64,000 bases of DNA from Chiloscyllium plagiosum (Eukaryota): contig NC_057753.1 of the NCBI RefSeq assembly GCF_004010195.1, positions 5,853,488-5,917,487 of the forward strand. Reading direction: 5' to 3'. Of this stretch, positions 1-13,829 are shown one piece after another; the stretch's first letter is position 1, and the number at the start of each line of letters is the position of its first letter. The position numbers were made by a program, and so were the translations under genes. Under the pieces are notes generated by a model. That model had not been told where the DNA came from and did not search any database. It was given only the letters and a program-made list of their open reading frames with translations.

Positions 1-1166
1 GGTGATAGTATAGAGGGCTACTGCAGGCTGCAGCACGACATAGATAGGATGCAGAATTGGGCTGAGAAATGGCAGATGGCGTTCAACCTGGATGCGTTGG
101 CACATTGATTAGTACTGCTGCTTCACAGCGCCAGAGACCCGGGTTCAATTCCCGCCTCAGGCAACTGTCTGTGTGGAGTTTGCACATTCTCCCCGTGTCT
201 GTGTGGGTTTGCTCCGGTTTCCTCCCACAGTCCAAAAATGTACAGGTTAGGTGAATTGGCCATACTAAATTACCTGTAGTGTTAGGTGAAGGGGAAACGT
301 AGTGGAATGGGTCTGGTTGAGTTGCACTTCAGCCGGTCACTGTGGACTTGTTGGGCCGAAGGGCCTGTTTCCACACTATAAGTAATCTAACCTAAATGCG
401 AAGTGATGCATTTTGGAAGGTTGAACTGGATGCTGAATACAGGATTAAGGACCGGATTATTGGCAGTGTGGAGGAGCAGAGGGATCTGGGTGTGCAAGTG
501 CATAGATCCCTCAAAGTTGCCACCCAAGTGGATAGGGTTGTTAAGAAAGCATATGGTGTTTTGGCTTTCACTAACAGGGAGATCGAGGTTAAGAGCTGCG
601 AGGTTTTGCTGCAGCTCTACTAGTCCCAGGTGAGACCACACTTGGAATATTGTGTCCAGTTCTGGTCGCCCTATTTTCGGAAAGATACAGAGAGTGCAAA
701 GAAGGTTTACCAGGATGCAGCCTAAACTTGCCTTATGAAGAAAGGTTGATAAAGCTTGGACTTTTCTCTCTGGAGAGAAGGAGGAAGAGAGGAGACCTCA
801 CCAAGATATACAAGATAATGAGAGGAATAGATGGAGTCTATAGCCAGAGACTTTTCCCCAGGGCAGGATTGACTCGTACGATAAGTCATAGTTTGATGTT
901 ATTAGGAGGAAGGTGTAAAGGAATCGTCAGAGGTAGGTTCTTTATACAGAGAGTTGTGAATGCGTGGAATACGTTGCCAGCTGTAGTGGTGGAAGCGAAG
1001 TCATTGGGGACGTTTAAGCGACTGCTGGACATGCACATGTATAACAGTGAGTTGTGGGGTGCATAGGTTAAGTTACTATATTTTACATTATGATTAAATC
1101 TCGGCACAACATCGTGGACCAAAGGGCCTGTTCTGTGCTGTACTTTTCTATGTTTTATGTTCTATG
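1..1166 (+). mobile_element. CR1-type LINE, 3' part (RT C-terminus and tail), split by a SINE
   Basis: Translations VEEQRDLGVQVHRSLKVATQVDRVVKKAYG and YEERLIKLGLFSLERRRKRGDL..YKIMRGID..FFIQRVVNAWNTLP are typical CR1 ORF2 C-terminus. Ends in a ttctatgt-like tail at ~1146-1166; stops and frameshifts present. Confidence 0.9.
96..392 (+). mobile_element. tRNA-derived SINE (HE1/V-SINE type)
   Basis: B-box gggttcaattccc, V-domain core gtgtggagtttgcacattctccccgtgtctg..ctccggtttcctcccacagtccaaa, and a CR1-derived tail gggccgaagggcctgtttccacact. Inserted inside the CR1. Confidence 0.9.
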
Positions 1167-3735
1167 TTACGCCGAAGACAAAGGAGTAATCAATTGTACA
1201 TTAATGTTAACTAGAGAGAATGGTGTTACAGACACATTGTAATAAGCACACAAATAATCTGGATAAATCATATGTATGCAAAAAATGACATATGCTCGAA
1301 ACAACGGCACATGAGGTCTTTTGAGATCAGTAATTGTATCATGAAAGTTAGTGGACAGTTGTACAAATGATTTAAATAAAACAAGGAATTGCAGATGCTG
1401 ACGATGTGAATCACACAAAATCAAACATTGCTGAAGAGGCTTAGCAGGTCTGGCAGCAGCTGAGATGAGAAGACAGAGTTGATGTTTTTTTCTCCATAGA
1501 TGTTGCCAGACCTGCGGAGTTTCTCTAGCAATTTTTGGTTTTGTACATTTCATACAGATAATCCTTTGGTTAAATGTTTTGAAGAATTGAGCACATTCTG
1601 ACAGAACTTAGTGTAAGGCAATTCATAAGGTACGTAATGTAACACTCAAGATTTTCTTCATTCTATTTATTGCCTCAATAAACACCTACAACCACCATAT
1701 CGAACTGAAACACTGAAACTCCGCAGATAAAGAGTGCTTGTTCATAGTCATAATTACACACATCACGTCATTTGACTCTTCAGTTTTGCCAGTTCATGCC
1801 AAACACAATCCCAGACTAAACTAGTCCCACCTAACTGCTCCTGGCCAATGCCCCTCCAAACCTTTCGTATTTTAATATCTTTCCAAACGTCACTTAAACA
1901 TTGTAATTGTACCCACATCCAACACATCTTCGGGAAGGTCATTCTCCACGCGAAAAACCATTTATGCGAAAAGAAAAATCGCCTCTTTTGTCTTTTTAAA
2001 TATTTCTCCTCTATCCGTCACGATACGCCCACTAATCCTGAAATCTCCCACCTTTGGGAAAAGACAACGACTATTAACTCTCTCTTTATCTCTCACTTAG
2101 TTTAGAAATTTCTTTCATGTCACCTCTCATTCAAGCAACGTTTCTTAAAATGCACACTTCCTCAGTGCTGCAATTTATTGTCAGGGCAAGTAATGATTTC
2201 TGTGCAGTAGATATTTGCTTTCAAAACTTTAACACTTATTTCCATATGATCTTCGTTTCAGCAGTCGTTAATATGTTCAGATGAACAGTTGTGAATGTCG
2301 ATGAACCAGCAGCAAATTGGAAAGGGTTTATGCAGATCGTGTTGTGCACAAAGTTCAAAATTACTGTGCTATTCGCTTTAGGTACTGATTTTAATTATTT
2401 AACGAACGGGCACTAATATTTTGTGCTCGTCAATATCTAGGTATTTACAATATTTTATTCATTAAATTCGTTCTTAAAATAGATCGAATGTGACCAACGC
2501 TTCAAGTCCTATAAACAATCAATTATTTCGGCGAATGTTTATGCAACTTTCAATGTTTATTAAAAACAAACAGACTTTCCCCCTATTTCCAAAATGACAA
2601 TTCACCTCCAGAACAAATGGAACGCCTTAACCTGTTCGACATTTATATCAAAAAATGACAATGCAATGGTCCACAGACGGCCAAGATCGTGGTAAGACCA
2701 CATTTATATAGAAAGACTACGTTTCAAATCAGCCACAGTGAAAGCGCTTACAATGTAGCAGACTTAACCATAGTGATTGCAACAATGTTGTAACATTTCA
2801 ACATTCACACCAGCAATACTTTACGCTGCTCACTCAGAGTAATGTTCCCAACATGCAATGGCAAAGCACTTTACCTTGAGATGGTCGTGCTCACAAAGCA
2901 ACTTAAATCATTAAAATGCCTGTGGATAGCAGATGTGAAGCTATTTTTCCGACTAGTGAAATGATCAATAACGGGAGGTCAGAAAGTTGCAACAATCGAA
3001 AAATAAACGAAAATTATAGAGAGAAACGAAAATATTGTTTGCTCACAGCTATATGTTAATGTTAGGAATATACTGCCTAATGATGTGACAAATGCAATGT
3101 TTAACATTGAATTAGACTTTTGTCTTTGCGCAATATTATGCAGGCTTGTGAAGAGAATGCGTGAGAATAGACCAAGTGACTTGTTTACTTGGAGATCGAA
3201 TGAACAGAAGATGGAAAGAATGTCCTTCTTCTGTACTCTGACAAGTCTGCGATTTATTAAAAACAAGGAAGAGTACAGATATAATGTAAAATTATGGATT
3301 TAAAACAAAAACATTATACCTGAAAGAAAATCACCTTGGAACGGAATCAAATAATATTGTAGAAAGTGAGAAGATTACTGAATAACTTTCAAAATAAATG
3401 TCTACAATTGAAACATGTTGTTCCATTAATGTGCAGAGTAACATTAAAGTGAGTTTTTTTTGTACCTTATAAAAATGTTGCAAAGAAGAAATCAATGGCA
3501 ATGTATGGTAAAAAGACAATTCTGTAAAATAGGAGAAATGATGTCTTATAAAATGAAAAGACGCACCATTTAAAGGAAAACAGGACAGTTTAAATTACAG
3601 ACACGATACCCGTGCTGGGAAAATGTGCTATTGGTCGTAAAATGAGACATTTATAAATGTTTATAAATAATGTATAACTAACATTTATAAATAATTTCAA
3701 AACCAGCGAGTTATCGAATAATCCAAATACTTCAC

Positions 3736-3805
3736 CTGGAATCCCAATAGTTGCAAGTAAAGGAAAGAAAATGGAAAACACCAAATCATTTGGTGATATG
3801 CGCAT
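3736..3805 (-). CDS. Orphan class A GPCR (GPR139/142-like), copy C, exon 1 only; exon 2 presumably left of the window
   Basis: 70-nt exon MRISPNDLVFSIFFPLLATIGIP+G followed by donor GTGAAG. Same length, phase and upstream elements as exon 1 of the two complete paralogs. Confidence 0.78.
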
Positions 3806-3854
3806 TTCTAAAATAAGTTTTAATCACATTCCACGTTATGCTGTATTTTGCTAC

Positions 3855-3891
3855 ATTTATAAGCAACCTCGAGCTCCAGGGGTTGAATTAG
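3855..3891 (-). promoter_or_regulatory. Proximal promoter of GPCR copy C: homeodomain + O/E(EBF)-like composite and TATA box
   Basis: Minus strand CTAATTCAACCCCTGGAG (3874-3891) and TATAAAT (3855-3861), 69 and 50 bp from the ATG as in the other copies. Confidence 0.6.
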
Positions 3892-4569
3892 ATAGTTTTG
3901 ACCTTGAACAGCAAATGCCATGTCTGTTACAAAAACACATATTCGTATAGCTGCAGCTGGAAATGTTTTGATAAGGTATAATTGATTACCATGTCTTGAA
4001 TGCAATATATCTCGGGACTACAAAAAGCCCCAAAATAACTGCGGGTGCTGGAAGTCAGAAACAAAACCAGAAAATGCTGGAAACGCTTAGCAAATTTTGC
4101 ATCAGTGACCTTTCCTCAGAACTGGACGTGAAACGTTAATTCTGATTTATCTGCATCAAAAAAAATCTTAACTGCTTTTCTTCTAACAAAAATCTTTCGT
4201 ATACACTAATAGTCATTTTGATACAAACTGCATACCTCTATTAATGGAAACAAAACATCATACTAGAAATCTGAAATAAAAGAAAAAAAACACTTTGGAT
4301 ACACTCAATATTTCTGAAATAAATTACGGAGAGAGAAGGCTAAAACTTTATTTTCAGCTAACTATTTGTTAACAATATAAGTACTCTGGCTGCAGGGTAA
4401 GTCAGAGGCAATGAGTCCTGAACTGAGTACCTCAGCGTCTGACTCCCCAGAGCCTTTCCTCCAGCTACAAGGCACAAGTCGTCAGCGTGGTGGTGTACTC
4501 CCCACTTGGGGAATGCAGCAGCAGAAACGCTAAAGATTGAGGCCATCGAGGATTTTGCTGTGATTTGAT

Positions 4570-6580
4570 TTTACATTGTCACGTGCAGAGAAATGCAGTG
4601 AAAGTTACTGTACTGCCTGCTAACCAGATAAGTTGCACCTTGCAGATGTTCATTAGGGCAATAGAACAGAACTAATTAGAATAGAACAGACAAATGAAGG
4701 AACGCTGGTTTTTATAATGGACTGGCTATGTTCAGAATTCTCTATAATTTCCGACGAACTTAAGCACTGCAGTTTCTGTACCGAATTATGATGCATCTGG
4801 AAAGAATGCTTTCAAGGGTGCATCAAGAAAAATTGTGAAGAGTCATTGTAGACATGACAAATTTCCTTAACCTCCTGAAGCAGTTACAAGCATCGGTAGG
4901 CGATGCTTATTGCAGTGTCGACGTGGATATACCAGCATAGATCGTTGAAGGTCTTAATCGTTGCAGCTCTCCGTCACCTCCAATTAAGCACCATTCATCA
5001 CGCTTCCGGAGTCAATGAGCAGCTCCTCCATTTTGGTGACATTAAAAGAAAGATCATTGTCTTTATGACTTGCCACTGAGCTATCTGTTTCATTCATGTA
5101 CTATGTCTTGTCATTATTTGAGATCCGATTCATTACGGAATTGCCATCAACAAATTTGCAAATGAATTTCGAGCTGCATTTGGTAATAAAATCGTCGGTG
5201 TGGAAGAGCTGTCTTAAAAGGGTGAGTACACGACCGGAAGTCAATGTATAGGAGTCTGCTCTTGGGTGTCCTTGTTATCTAGATATTCCCAAACGGAGTT
5301 TAGAGTCAGAGATGCCACAATGTTGGAGGCTTGTGTTTATGTGTGCTATTACTGACCTCCAGAATTAATTAATAATATTGGACGTCAGAGCTCACTGAGT
5401 GATCGCTCTTTCGGGCACATTGTCGGACTTCACTTTGGCACAGGCATGGTAGTGGTGTTCTTCAGCAGGTGGGAAACTCACATCGTAGGAAGGAGAAATG
5501 AACAATGTCAGCACATACTCCTACAAACTAGTCTAAGCAGGATCTACGTGCGTGGGAACTTCTTCCACACTCGTTGCTTTCTGTGAGTTCATCCTTGGGA
5601 ACGCGGATCTGACCTTGTGGCAGTAACTTTGGGTATTTGTGCACCCACGACTGTTGGGGCAGGTAACATTATTTCGTTGAACCTCTGTTCAAAACGAGCG
5701 TAGTATGTATTGAGCTCATCGTGTCGGTCTGTCCTGCAATCAGCGAGTCTACTTGATTTCAACTTGTAGCCTGCTATATCTTGTATGGGTTGCCACAACT
5801 TGTGTGTGTATGTTTATTCAGCATGGGACTCTAGTTTAGTCTGCTGTTGTACCTTGGCTTCACTAGTGACTTTGGAAAACTCATACCTGGATTTTTTGTA
5901 CAGATTAGGGTTACCTGGCACATTCGTCTCAGACCAAGACTTCAGGGAGTGTACTTTATTGTTCATCCATCATCTCTGGTTGATGGACAGCTGGATTAAC
6001 TTCCTTTGTGTACACAATCCTCTACACATTTACTGAGGACGCCTGTGACCGTGGTGGCATACTCATTTATGATAGCCGCTGAGTTCTTGAATATGGATCA
6101 GTCAGGTAGAAGCTCCTCGATTATCGCAGACCAGCGATGCACGACTTCTGCAGTGGATCATCACACTTGATTTTTTTTTATTTCTTGCAAGCTGGGAGAA
6201 GAATCATTGACTTATTTTCTGATTTACTGGAGGTTTGGGCAAGGAATGGAGTGATATGCATCTTTGATGGTTGTGTAGAAATAGTGCATGGTGCTTGGAC
6301 TTCTGATAGTATAGGAGACGTGTTGGTGCTATCTCAGAGCACACTCATGACGTTTGCCTGGTTGAAGTCACTGGCAACATTGAATAACCCCTCGACTTGG
6401 TCCATCTCAAGACTATTTGGTGCAATATATTTTTCATCAAGTGCGCTCCTCAACTCCACACGTGGTAAAATGTAGCTAACTCTCGGGATAGCAGAAGTAA
6501 ATGTCCAAGGCAGGTATCGGCACTGGAATTCACCCTTAGATAATCAGGTTCAGGGACCGTAAATCACAAGGGTCATCACA
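4570..6580 (-). mobile_element. Decayed Rex1/Babar-type LINE
   Basis: Minus-strand peptide MWQPIQDIAGYK...DELNTYYARFE resembles the Rex1 ORF motif WQGL..IT.YK...DELN.FYARFE. Paralogous copy at 24260-26570. Confidence 0.75.
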
Positions 6581-6739
6581 TTCCGGGACCAAGAGATGTT
6601 GATCTGAAGGCAGAACCATTTGCTATTTGAATTGCCCGAGTACACCATGTGGTCAAAGCATCCCGCTTCTTAGGCACAAATTCACTAATGTTCACTCCCA
6701 CCAACACCAGTAATTTAGGAACCATCCATAAGATGAACA

Positions 6740-7075
6740 AAAATATTTGCAAAGGCTCCTTTGCACAGCACCTTCCAAGTCCAATAACCAATTTCACCTG
6801 GAAGGAAAAGGCGAGTAGCCGTTTGCGAAAAACAACATCAAGGAGTTCACTTCAGTCCACTCAAGAAACCTGATTGAAAGTGTATTGCTCTTCCTCCAAC
6901 ATCACTGGGTCAAAGCTGCCGAACTCATCCCTCACACCTCCAACATCATTGTGCGACTGCCTATTGAAAAAGGACTGCAGACGTTCAAGAAGGCAACTGA
7001 CCAGAACCTTCCCAAAGGGGTGGGAAGTAAGTTATGGTACAATCAGCGACAATTACGTCCTGTGTTTGAATAAAA
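6740..7075 (+). mobile_element. Old non-LTR retroelement 3' fragment (CR1/L2-like)
   Basis: cagcaccttccaa...gactgcagacgttcaagaaggcaactgacca..., A-rich end. Duplicated at ~26635-26960. Confidence 0.5.
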
Positions 7076-9439
7076 AAAGCACTGAAATGCATTTAATTAT
7101 GCTTCTGTTCTCCCAGATATGAAGTTATGGACAGTGAAAACGTTCGTATTTACATTTTCTCCCAAAGAATAGCCAATTTCAAAATGGTCAATTTCAGTTT
7201 AAAATATCGTTGTAAATTTTTCTTATAAAGGGTGCTCTTGAACTGCCATAATATTTGGATTTTCATGATGAACTGAAGATTAAATTTTCCAAGTAACTTC
7301 ATCCATAGATCTTTGGAAAGTTCATTTCTTTATCTGAGGTACCTGACAGTGTTGTGGATTGTTGTGGAAAGAGAGTACATCGCACTCTGTCGAAAATTAA
7401 AGCTGCAACGGGTTAGGTGGTGTCGTTTGTGGCAGATGAAAAATCTGCTTCTGAGGCAGTGATTGTGGAAATTCATTGCTACCTTAAATTATGATATTGA
7501 CTGAAGAGCGGTGTGGACCTGTGATGCGAGAGCTGTATCTGATTTCACACTGAGTGAGACAGGGTCACGCAACAGTATTTACCCTACACTCTCCAACCCT
7601 CACTATTGTACTATCGCTGGGATGCAATGTCCTCAAATCCAGGAAAGATCTGTCCTCCAATCTATGTCAGGCCTCCCAATAGACGAAGCAGTGGCTTAGG
7701 GAACCAAATGCAGAGATTTCCATACTCACCAAACATCCAAGCAACACTTACAGAATTCCCGAATGAGTTAACTTGTCATTAAACTACACTAAAGAAACCT
7801 CAGCTGAGAAACGTATAAACTTGCCTCTTGTGAGCGTTTCTTCTCATTCGAAGGGAGAAAAAACACAATAATTCTGTTAATGTTTGCAGCAAATAGTCCT
7901 TCGAATCTTTTACACCTGGCAAGTCAAGTCCTCAAAATGACAAGTGGCAAAAGTTGCTGAAACATTTAATAGGGAAAGTGGTGGGAGTATTGCAGAAATC
8001 CTAAAGGATGACGTTCCTTACATTCTGCACTAGATATATATGGTTGAATGAAACACTTTCACAGAATTATTCGCCCTCTCACAGAGTTATAGGGAGTCAT
8101 GTGATGTCTTTCATAATGAGTGTATCCATACTAAATAACGAAATATTGATTGCTAAATCCTGGAGCAAAAGTTGAAAATGGATTGCAGTGTTCTCAAGGA
8201 GTTACAGCTGAGAAGTGGAAGATGTGCATGACTATGTCAGTGATTCAGAGGAATGAGCTGAGATCTTCGGGCTTCACAAAACGATTACCTTTGATTCAGT
8301 TAAATTCAGCACAAACTACGCAAAACATAACTAAGAATCTCAGAGGACTAGAGGTATCGTGGTATGCTTTTTCCATTGTTCACTGAAGGTGGCAGAGCAG
8401 GTTAATAAAGGAGTTAATAAGGCAAATGCAGGGAGGTTATTTGGGAACTACGCAAATGCATTTGAGGCCATCGATAAAGTAATGTGCGCTTCTCTGATTA
8501 CCATACATGAAAATTGTGTGATTGCACTGGAGTGGGTACAAAAAGGATTCACCAGTATTTTGCTTGGAATGAAGCATTTCAGCATTGCGGCGAAGCATGA
8601 GAAGCTTGGAGCAGTGAACGTTCAATGCAGCCTATTAGAGGTTGAAACATCTCCACAGATAACTGAGCATTTCACAATGTGCAGTAACTTTGTTAGTAAG
8701 GTGCAGGGAGTGCTGTTAGCCGATGTACTTTAACAGACAGACAACCTGAGAACATTGTATCATAACAATTCATCATTTTTTAAAATCAGGAACTGGAGTC
8801 CAAGGACTAAACACAAAAGTAACACACGCCATGGTGTAAGCCATCTCCGACTTCAACTGTTTATGTTTCTGGACTCAGATCTGTGAGCAACGTTTGCAAT
8901 AAAATAATTACACTTACTGGATATCTGAAATAAAAAGAAAAAGTGCTGGTGAGAAGAGGGACTGATTGAAGATTCTGATCCCGACACATGGGGAGAATGT
9001 GATGAAAAGCTGTATGCAATACGGAATAATGATCGGGAATTCAATGCTTACTTTCAAAGTCCAGTGATATGAAGCGAGTGATTCTGTCCAGTTTACAGGT
9101 GATGCTTGGTTTCAGATTCCTGTCTGCAAATCCCTATGTAATAACCGGTAAATTAAGATTACAACATTTATCAATGTCGATACAAATGTAAATTCACCCT
9201 AGGGAATCTATTCAGGTCTTCTGTTTAAACTAGCATACAGAATATTGTTCATGGACTACAAAAATAACAACAGGGCGAATTTATATAAAACCTTTAATTC
9301 AACAAAAAAAACCTACTACACTTCACATCAGCATTAACATTCCTTACATTAAAATAGCAATTGCTTCTCTTTCCAGTTGGGTCTTGAAAACTATTGTAGA
9401 GAGAAATATCAAAAAGGAGTCTTAATCCTGAGTTGGTCG

Positions 9440-10085
9440 TTTCATATGCATACCAACGTCCGTGTAAAAAAAGGTTGCCCCTCAGGTTCCCTATTATTCA
9501 TTCCCACCTAAAATTCACAGTTGCCCTCCAGTCATCAATTCCCCAAACCGGGGGAAATATCTGAGTGCATTCACCTTATCCAAGGCCCTCATGATCTTGC
9601 ACACTTTTATATGATCACCCCTCCCAGTCTCCCAAGCTCTAAGAAACACTGGTAGCTTGTCACAACTCTCCCTGTAGCCCAGGCCATTGAATCCTATCAA
9701 CATCCTTGGAAATTTCTTCTGCACTCTGTCTAGTTTAATATTATCCCTCTTATAGCAAGGTGACCAAAACCGAGCACAATAAACCAAGTGCAGCCTCATC
9801 GACATCCTGTACTTCTGAATCATGAATTGCCAACTTCTATACTTAATGCCCTGAATTATCAAGACGAGTGTGCCAAACACCACATCCCCTGCCCATTCCA
9901 ACTGAGACTCAACTTTCAAAGAACCATGCACCTGAACTCTGTTACACTACACAACTAAGGTCTTACCATTTAGCATGAAACTCCTACCTTCATATGACAT
10001 TGCGAGCTCCGTTGGCCATTTGAAGTCCCACTTCTCCAACTGATCAAGGTCCTGCTCCAATTTTTGATAATCTTCTTCACTGTCC
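9440..10085 (-). mobile_element. CR1 LINE fragment
   Basis: MHGSLKVESQ...HLVYCARFWSPCYKRDNIKLDRVQKKFPRM is degenerate CR1 ORF2. Confidence 0.85.
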
Positions 10086-10709
10086 GAATTATTTCCATCT
10101 GCGCTTAAGTTTCAATTGTTTATGTATCCCATTCGTAACCTCCCTTTTTACGACTTTTCTCCTGTGTCAATGGTTTCTTGGTGATCCTGTTTATATCATT
10201 TATTACTTGAACATTTAAGTTTACATTTATTACTAATAATGCATTAATTCTTCTCATCGCCTATAAACATTTGCTCAAGGAATGCAACTAACATTTTCAC
10301 ACAAATTTGTTGTTTGTTTGCCTAAATTCACAATTATTTAAACAGTTCAGGTAGAGTACAATCAGACTTTTCCTTTTTTTAAAACTAAATAACAAACTTG
10401 GGATGTGGCTGAATTAGGCCTTACAAAAATGCCCCTTACTAAAATGCTGATATGTTTAGAACTATCTGTCTATAGAAACCTGATTAGCATCTCTACTGTT
10501 TCATCCTATGAAGAATCTTGTCCAGAATATCTGTTTGAACACTACAACTCTAACTGTGCACATTTGATGTATATAACTGCCAAACCCTTTCAGACTTTTT
10601 CTGCATGATAAAACAGCTCAGGTGACCATTGTGTGAACTTTGCGATGTTTTTGTTATAGCGACCCATAAACAAGTTTGCATACATTGAAAAAAAAAGTTT
10701 CAATTTTAA

Positions 10710-11240
10710 AAAGAACAATGAACAGTGCAGCACAGGAAAAGCAGTACAGTCTTCCAAGCCGTCGCCGACACATTTTGTCTTGCCATACCAAAACTGTCTT
10801 GATTTACAGGATCCTCATCCCACTATTTCTTTCCTGATGTTTCTTGAATGCTGCTATTGTGTCTGCTTCCACCGCTTCCTCTGTCAGCGCGTTCCAGGCA
10901 CTCTTCACCCTTTCTGTGTGAAACTTCCTTTGCACATCTCTTTTCAACTTCGCCCCTAGAATCTGTAATTGATCGCGCCACACTGGGAAAAAGCATCACA
11001 CTTTCCACTCTATCCATTACATTCACAATTGTATAAACTTCTATCAGGTCGCCCGTCAACTGTTGAAAATAAACCTAGTCTATCCAACCTTACTTCATAG
11101 CTAAACCCCCGCACACTAGGCCACATCCTGTTAAATGTTTTCGGTAACCTCTCCAAAGCATCCACATCCTTCTGGTCGCGTGGTGACCCGCACTTTATGC
11201 AGTATGACAAGTGTGGCCTACCTAAAATCCCATAAAGTTG
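10710..11240 (-). mobile_element. CR1 LINE 3' fragment
   Basis: KDVDALERLPKTFNRM...SYEVRLDRLGLFS and GDLIEVYTIVNVMDRV. Confidence 0.85.
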
Positions 11241-12904
11241 ATCAACAGCATTGAATCAGTCCGCTTCATGTTTAATCATTCTGCATGACATCCCTCTTGG
11301 GATCTCTCGTGCAGAATGAATCAATCTTAGAAATATCTACTCCAATGTAGCTGACCATTGCCGTTTACATAGCATTTATTTCAGGACACTACCAGCATAG
11401 AAAATTTGCAGTTTTGTTGTGCTCCCAACACCATCGCTTATATCGAGTCCCATTCGTGGAATGATGATTCCCTTGGCCTGTGTAGGCACTACATTTAACG
11501 TTTTCATTAACAAACTAAAAGCACACAGCGCAACGGTCAGAATCAGCGAGAGTTGAAGTTTTACATCTGAGCTGGAAATGTTACCTGAGTACAGGTTGTG
11601 CACAAACTTAGAGGCGGAGAGAGGGAGTGAAAGTGAAAACAGAAGGCCTGTGAGGTTTTGGAAACTACTGACTGCATAAAGTGATGGGCGGTGGGCGAAG
11701 GGTGATGGTGTGATCTGTTTAATGACTGAGTGTTTACGTTGGTACATTCATTACTCCCGAGCAAACATTCATAAAGTTCTTTCAAAGCGGCAGATGGGGT
11801 GACATGACCTATTTCTGTGCTGGCAGCTTCCTGTTTTCACTGGCCTAAAGCAAAAAAAAACTGTGCAAGCCGGAATTCAGAAACAGGCATAAACTTTGCT
11901 GGCGAAACTCAGCATGTCTTGCAGCATGATGAAGGTCAAGCCAAGTTAATATTTTGACTCCCGTGAACATTCATCAGAGAACCAGTCTGTTCTGTCTTTT
12001 ACAGATAGGAAAATTACGTGCACTTTTGCACTGTTATTCTGAATCCTGGAGCAGTGTACGGCAGTGAGTCCCGGAGTGCCCCGTGGGCAGTGACTCCCAA
12101 ATGGAGACTGACGTGGGGTATGCAGTCCTCAGACTTACCTTGGAGCAGCTGTGTGCCTGTTCAGAATTGTCTGAAGGCTTGCAGTGGAGTGTGGACCACT
12201 GTGGACTGGAGACGGGTGTGAGCATTCAGACCACACGTTATGGTCCTGTACTGAGCCAGTGCAATTCATTTTTTATTTGATATTTTTAAACTGACTGCAA
12301 CGACAATCCTCTGACGATGTTGAATTGATAACTTGTTTTTAAAATTTGCAAAACAAAGCAACTGCTTTTCGTTGCTCTTTTATCACCATGATTTGTACCT
12401 CGGTATTTGTACTTAACCTGGTGTCAATATAGGCAGACACTGAAAGTTTTTTAAAGCTTTGTTAAAAACAATGTCTACAATGGAGTACATATGACTATAA
12501 AGGATATCCTGTTCTATTCTACTCTGTTCTGCAGCAGCTCTGCACTCCTCTGCTAAGGCCCCTCATTTCTGTGCCCTTACTCCTTTATCACTACTGCTTG
12601 GGGAGCATTGTGCTTCTATTTAGACTGGCAAATGCAGCATTGTTCTGCTTTCACCTCCCTCTTCTGGTCTCTCTCTCTTCGACACTGCTCTCACTGGTTC
12701 ACGTTTTTTTTAAATCACTCCTGTATACTCCAAAACGTCTGTGTTGCTCTCCCTAAAACTAACTGTTGTCGCTCTTCAGTAATGTATATTACTTTAACCC
12801 AGCAACAGTCTATGGTTGCATTGTTTTTACTTATCAGGCTATCAAATTAAATCACAGAAATGTACTGCAGTGAAGTGAAAGAAATGTCACCTTTCAAAAT
12901 AACG

Positions 12905-12986
12905 TGGCATTGCAGACATTCAAACCCAATCTTCCAATGAATCTACAACCTTGAAGCGATGCCTTCAACACTTCATCCGCGTTATT
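12905..12986 (-). pseudogene. Decayed tRNA-Leu-like pseudogene
   Basis: Reverse complement aligns without gaps over 82 nt to a recalled vertebrate tRNA-Leu(AAG) sequence at 48/82 positions by hand. Degenerate A/B boxes (tgggtttgaat), tgcca end, T-run downstream; stems broken. Confidence 0.5.
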
Positions 12987-13277
12987 CAAGATATAGGGCT
13001 CTTTAGCATTGTTTTCGCTGCGGGTATTATCTCAAGCCTGCTCTGTCCTTTAATAAATCCACCACTGGCCCCCAATCAAAACTCCAAGTTCATGCTGAAT
13101 CCTTGCTGAAAAAGCGACAAGACAAATAAACACTGCATGGCGGACGGGAAAAGGTAAGGCAGTGAGACTGTTGAGTTGCTGCTGCCACGCACCAAGACAG
13201 AGGCAACAAGTCAAATTATCAGCTACGCAACTATATCCGTCCTGATGTTTTATTTGAGTCGCATGAACAATGTGTGT

Positions 13278-13359
13278 GCTGTAGTGGCGCAGTGGTGAAA
13301 GGGAGCAATATGAAGACTATTCGGATCTCCCTGTACACGTTCAATCCCTCCCGATTGAA
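13278..13359 (+). pseudogene. Decayed tRNA-Ser(TGA)-like pseudogene
   Basis: Ungapped 82-nt alignment to a recalled vertebrate tRNA-Ser(TGA) gives 52/82 identities by hand. A box gtggcgcagtgg, TGA at the anticodon position, long variable arm, B box gttcaatccc. Confidence 0.55.
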
Positions 13360-13829
13360 TTTCTCGTGTTCCCTGATTTTAGCTTTTGCAATTCACTTAG
13401 TGTCGTGTAGAAGTTCACACACAACTGTTACTTTTTAATAAATGGATGTAAACCAAAGTTGCTGATCTCCAGTTTAAGGAAAAACAGTTATTCTGTACTA
13501 CATCCATCCATGTGACTTTAGAAACAACTCCAGGGAGCCCCTCATTCTGTCACCAAGTTACCATTCCGGTTTAGGTGGATAGTATTTGGAACTGTCCAGC
13601 CAACACAGAGCCAATCCCGAGAGTGAGGGAAATTCCCGAGACTTCTCTTTAAATCTGTCAGCCAGGACACACTAATTCACCCAAGTTAGCAAACATGAAT
13701 AGGGAATTCCTACTCACTGAGATTCACTTAACAAACGGAATTCCAATCAATAAACTTTGCTTTACCTCAAGTTTCAAAACAAATACCTGAAACTTCCACA
13801 CTCATGAAACAGGAGAAATGTTAAGCAGG

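Noticed and set aside
96..170. tRNA-like A/B boxes at SINE heads (also ~47720, ~53150)
   Set aside because: tRNA-derived SINE promoters, not tRNA genes.
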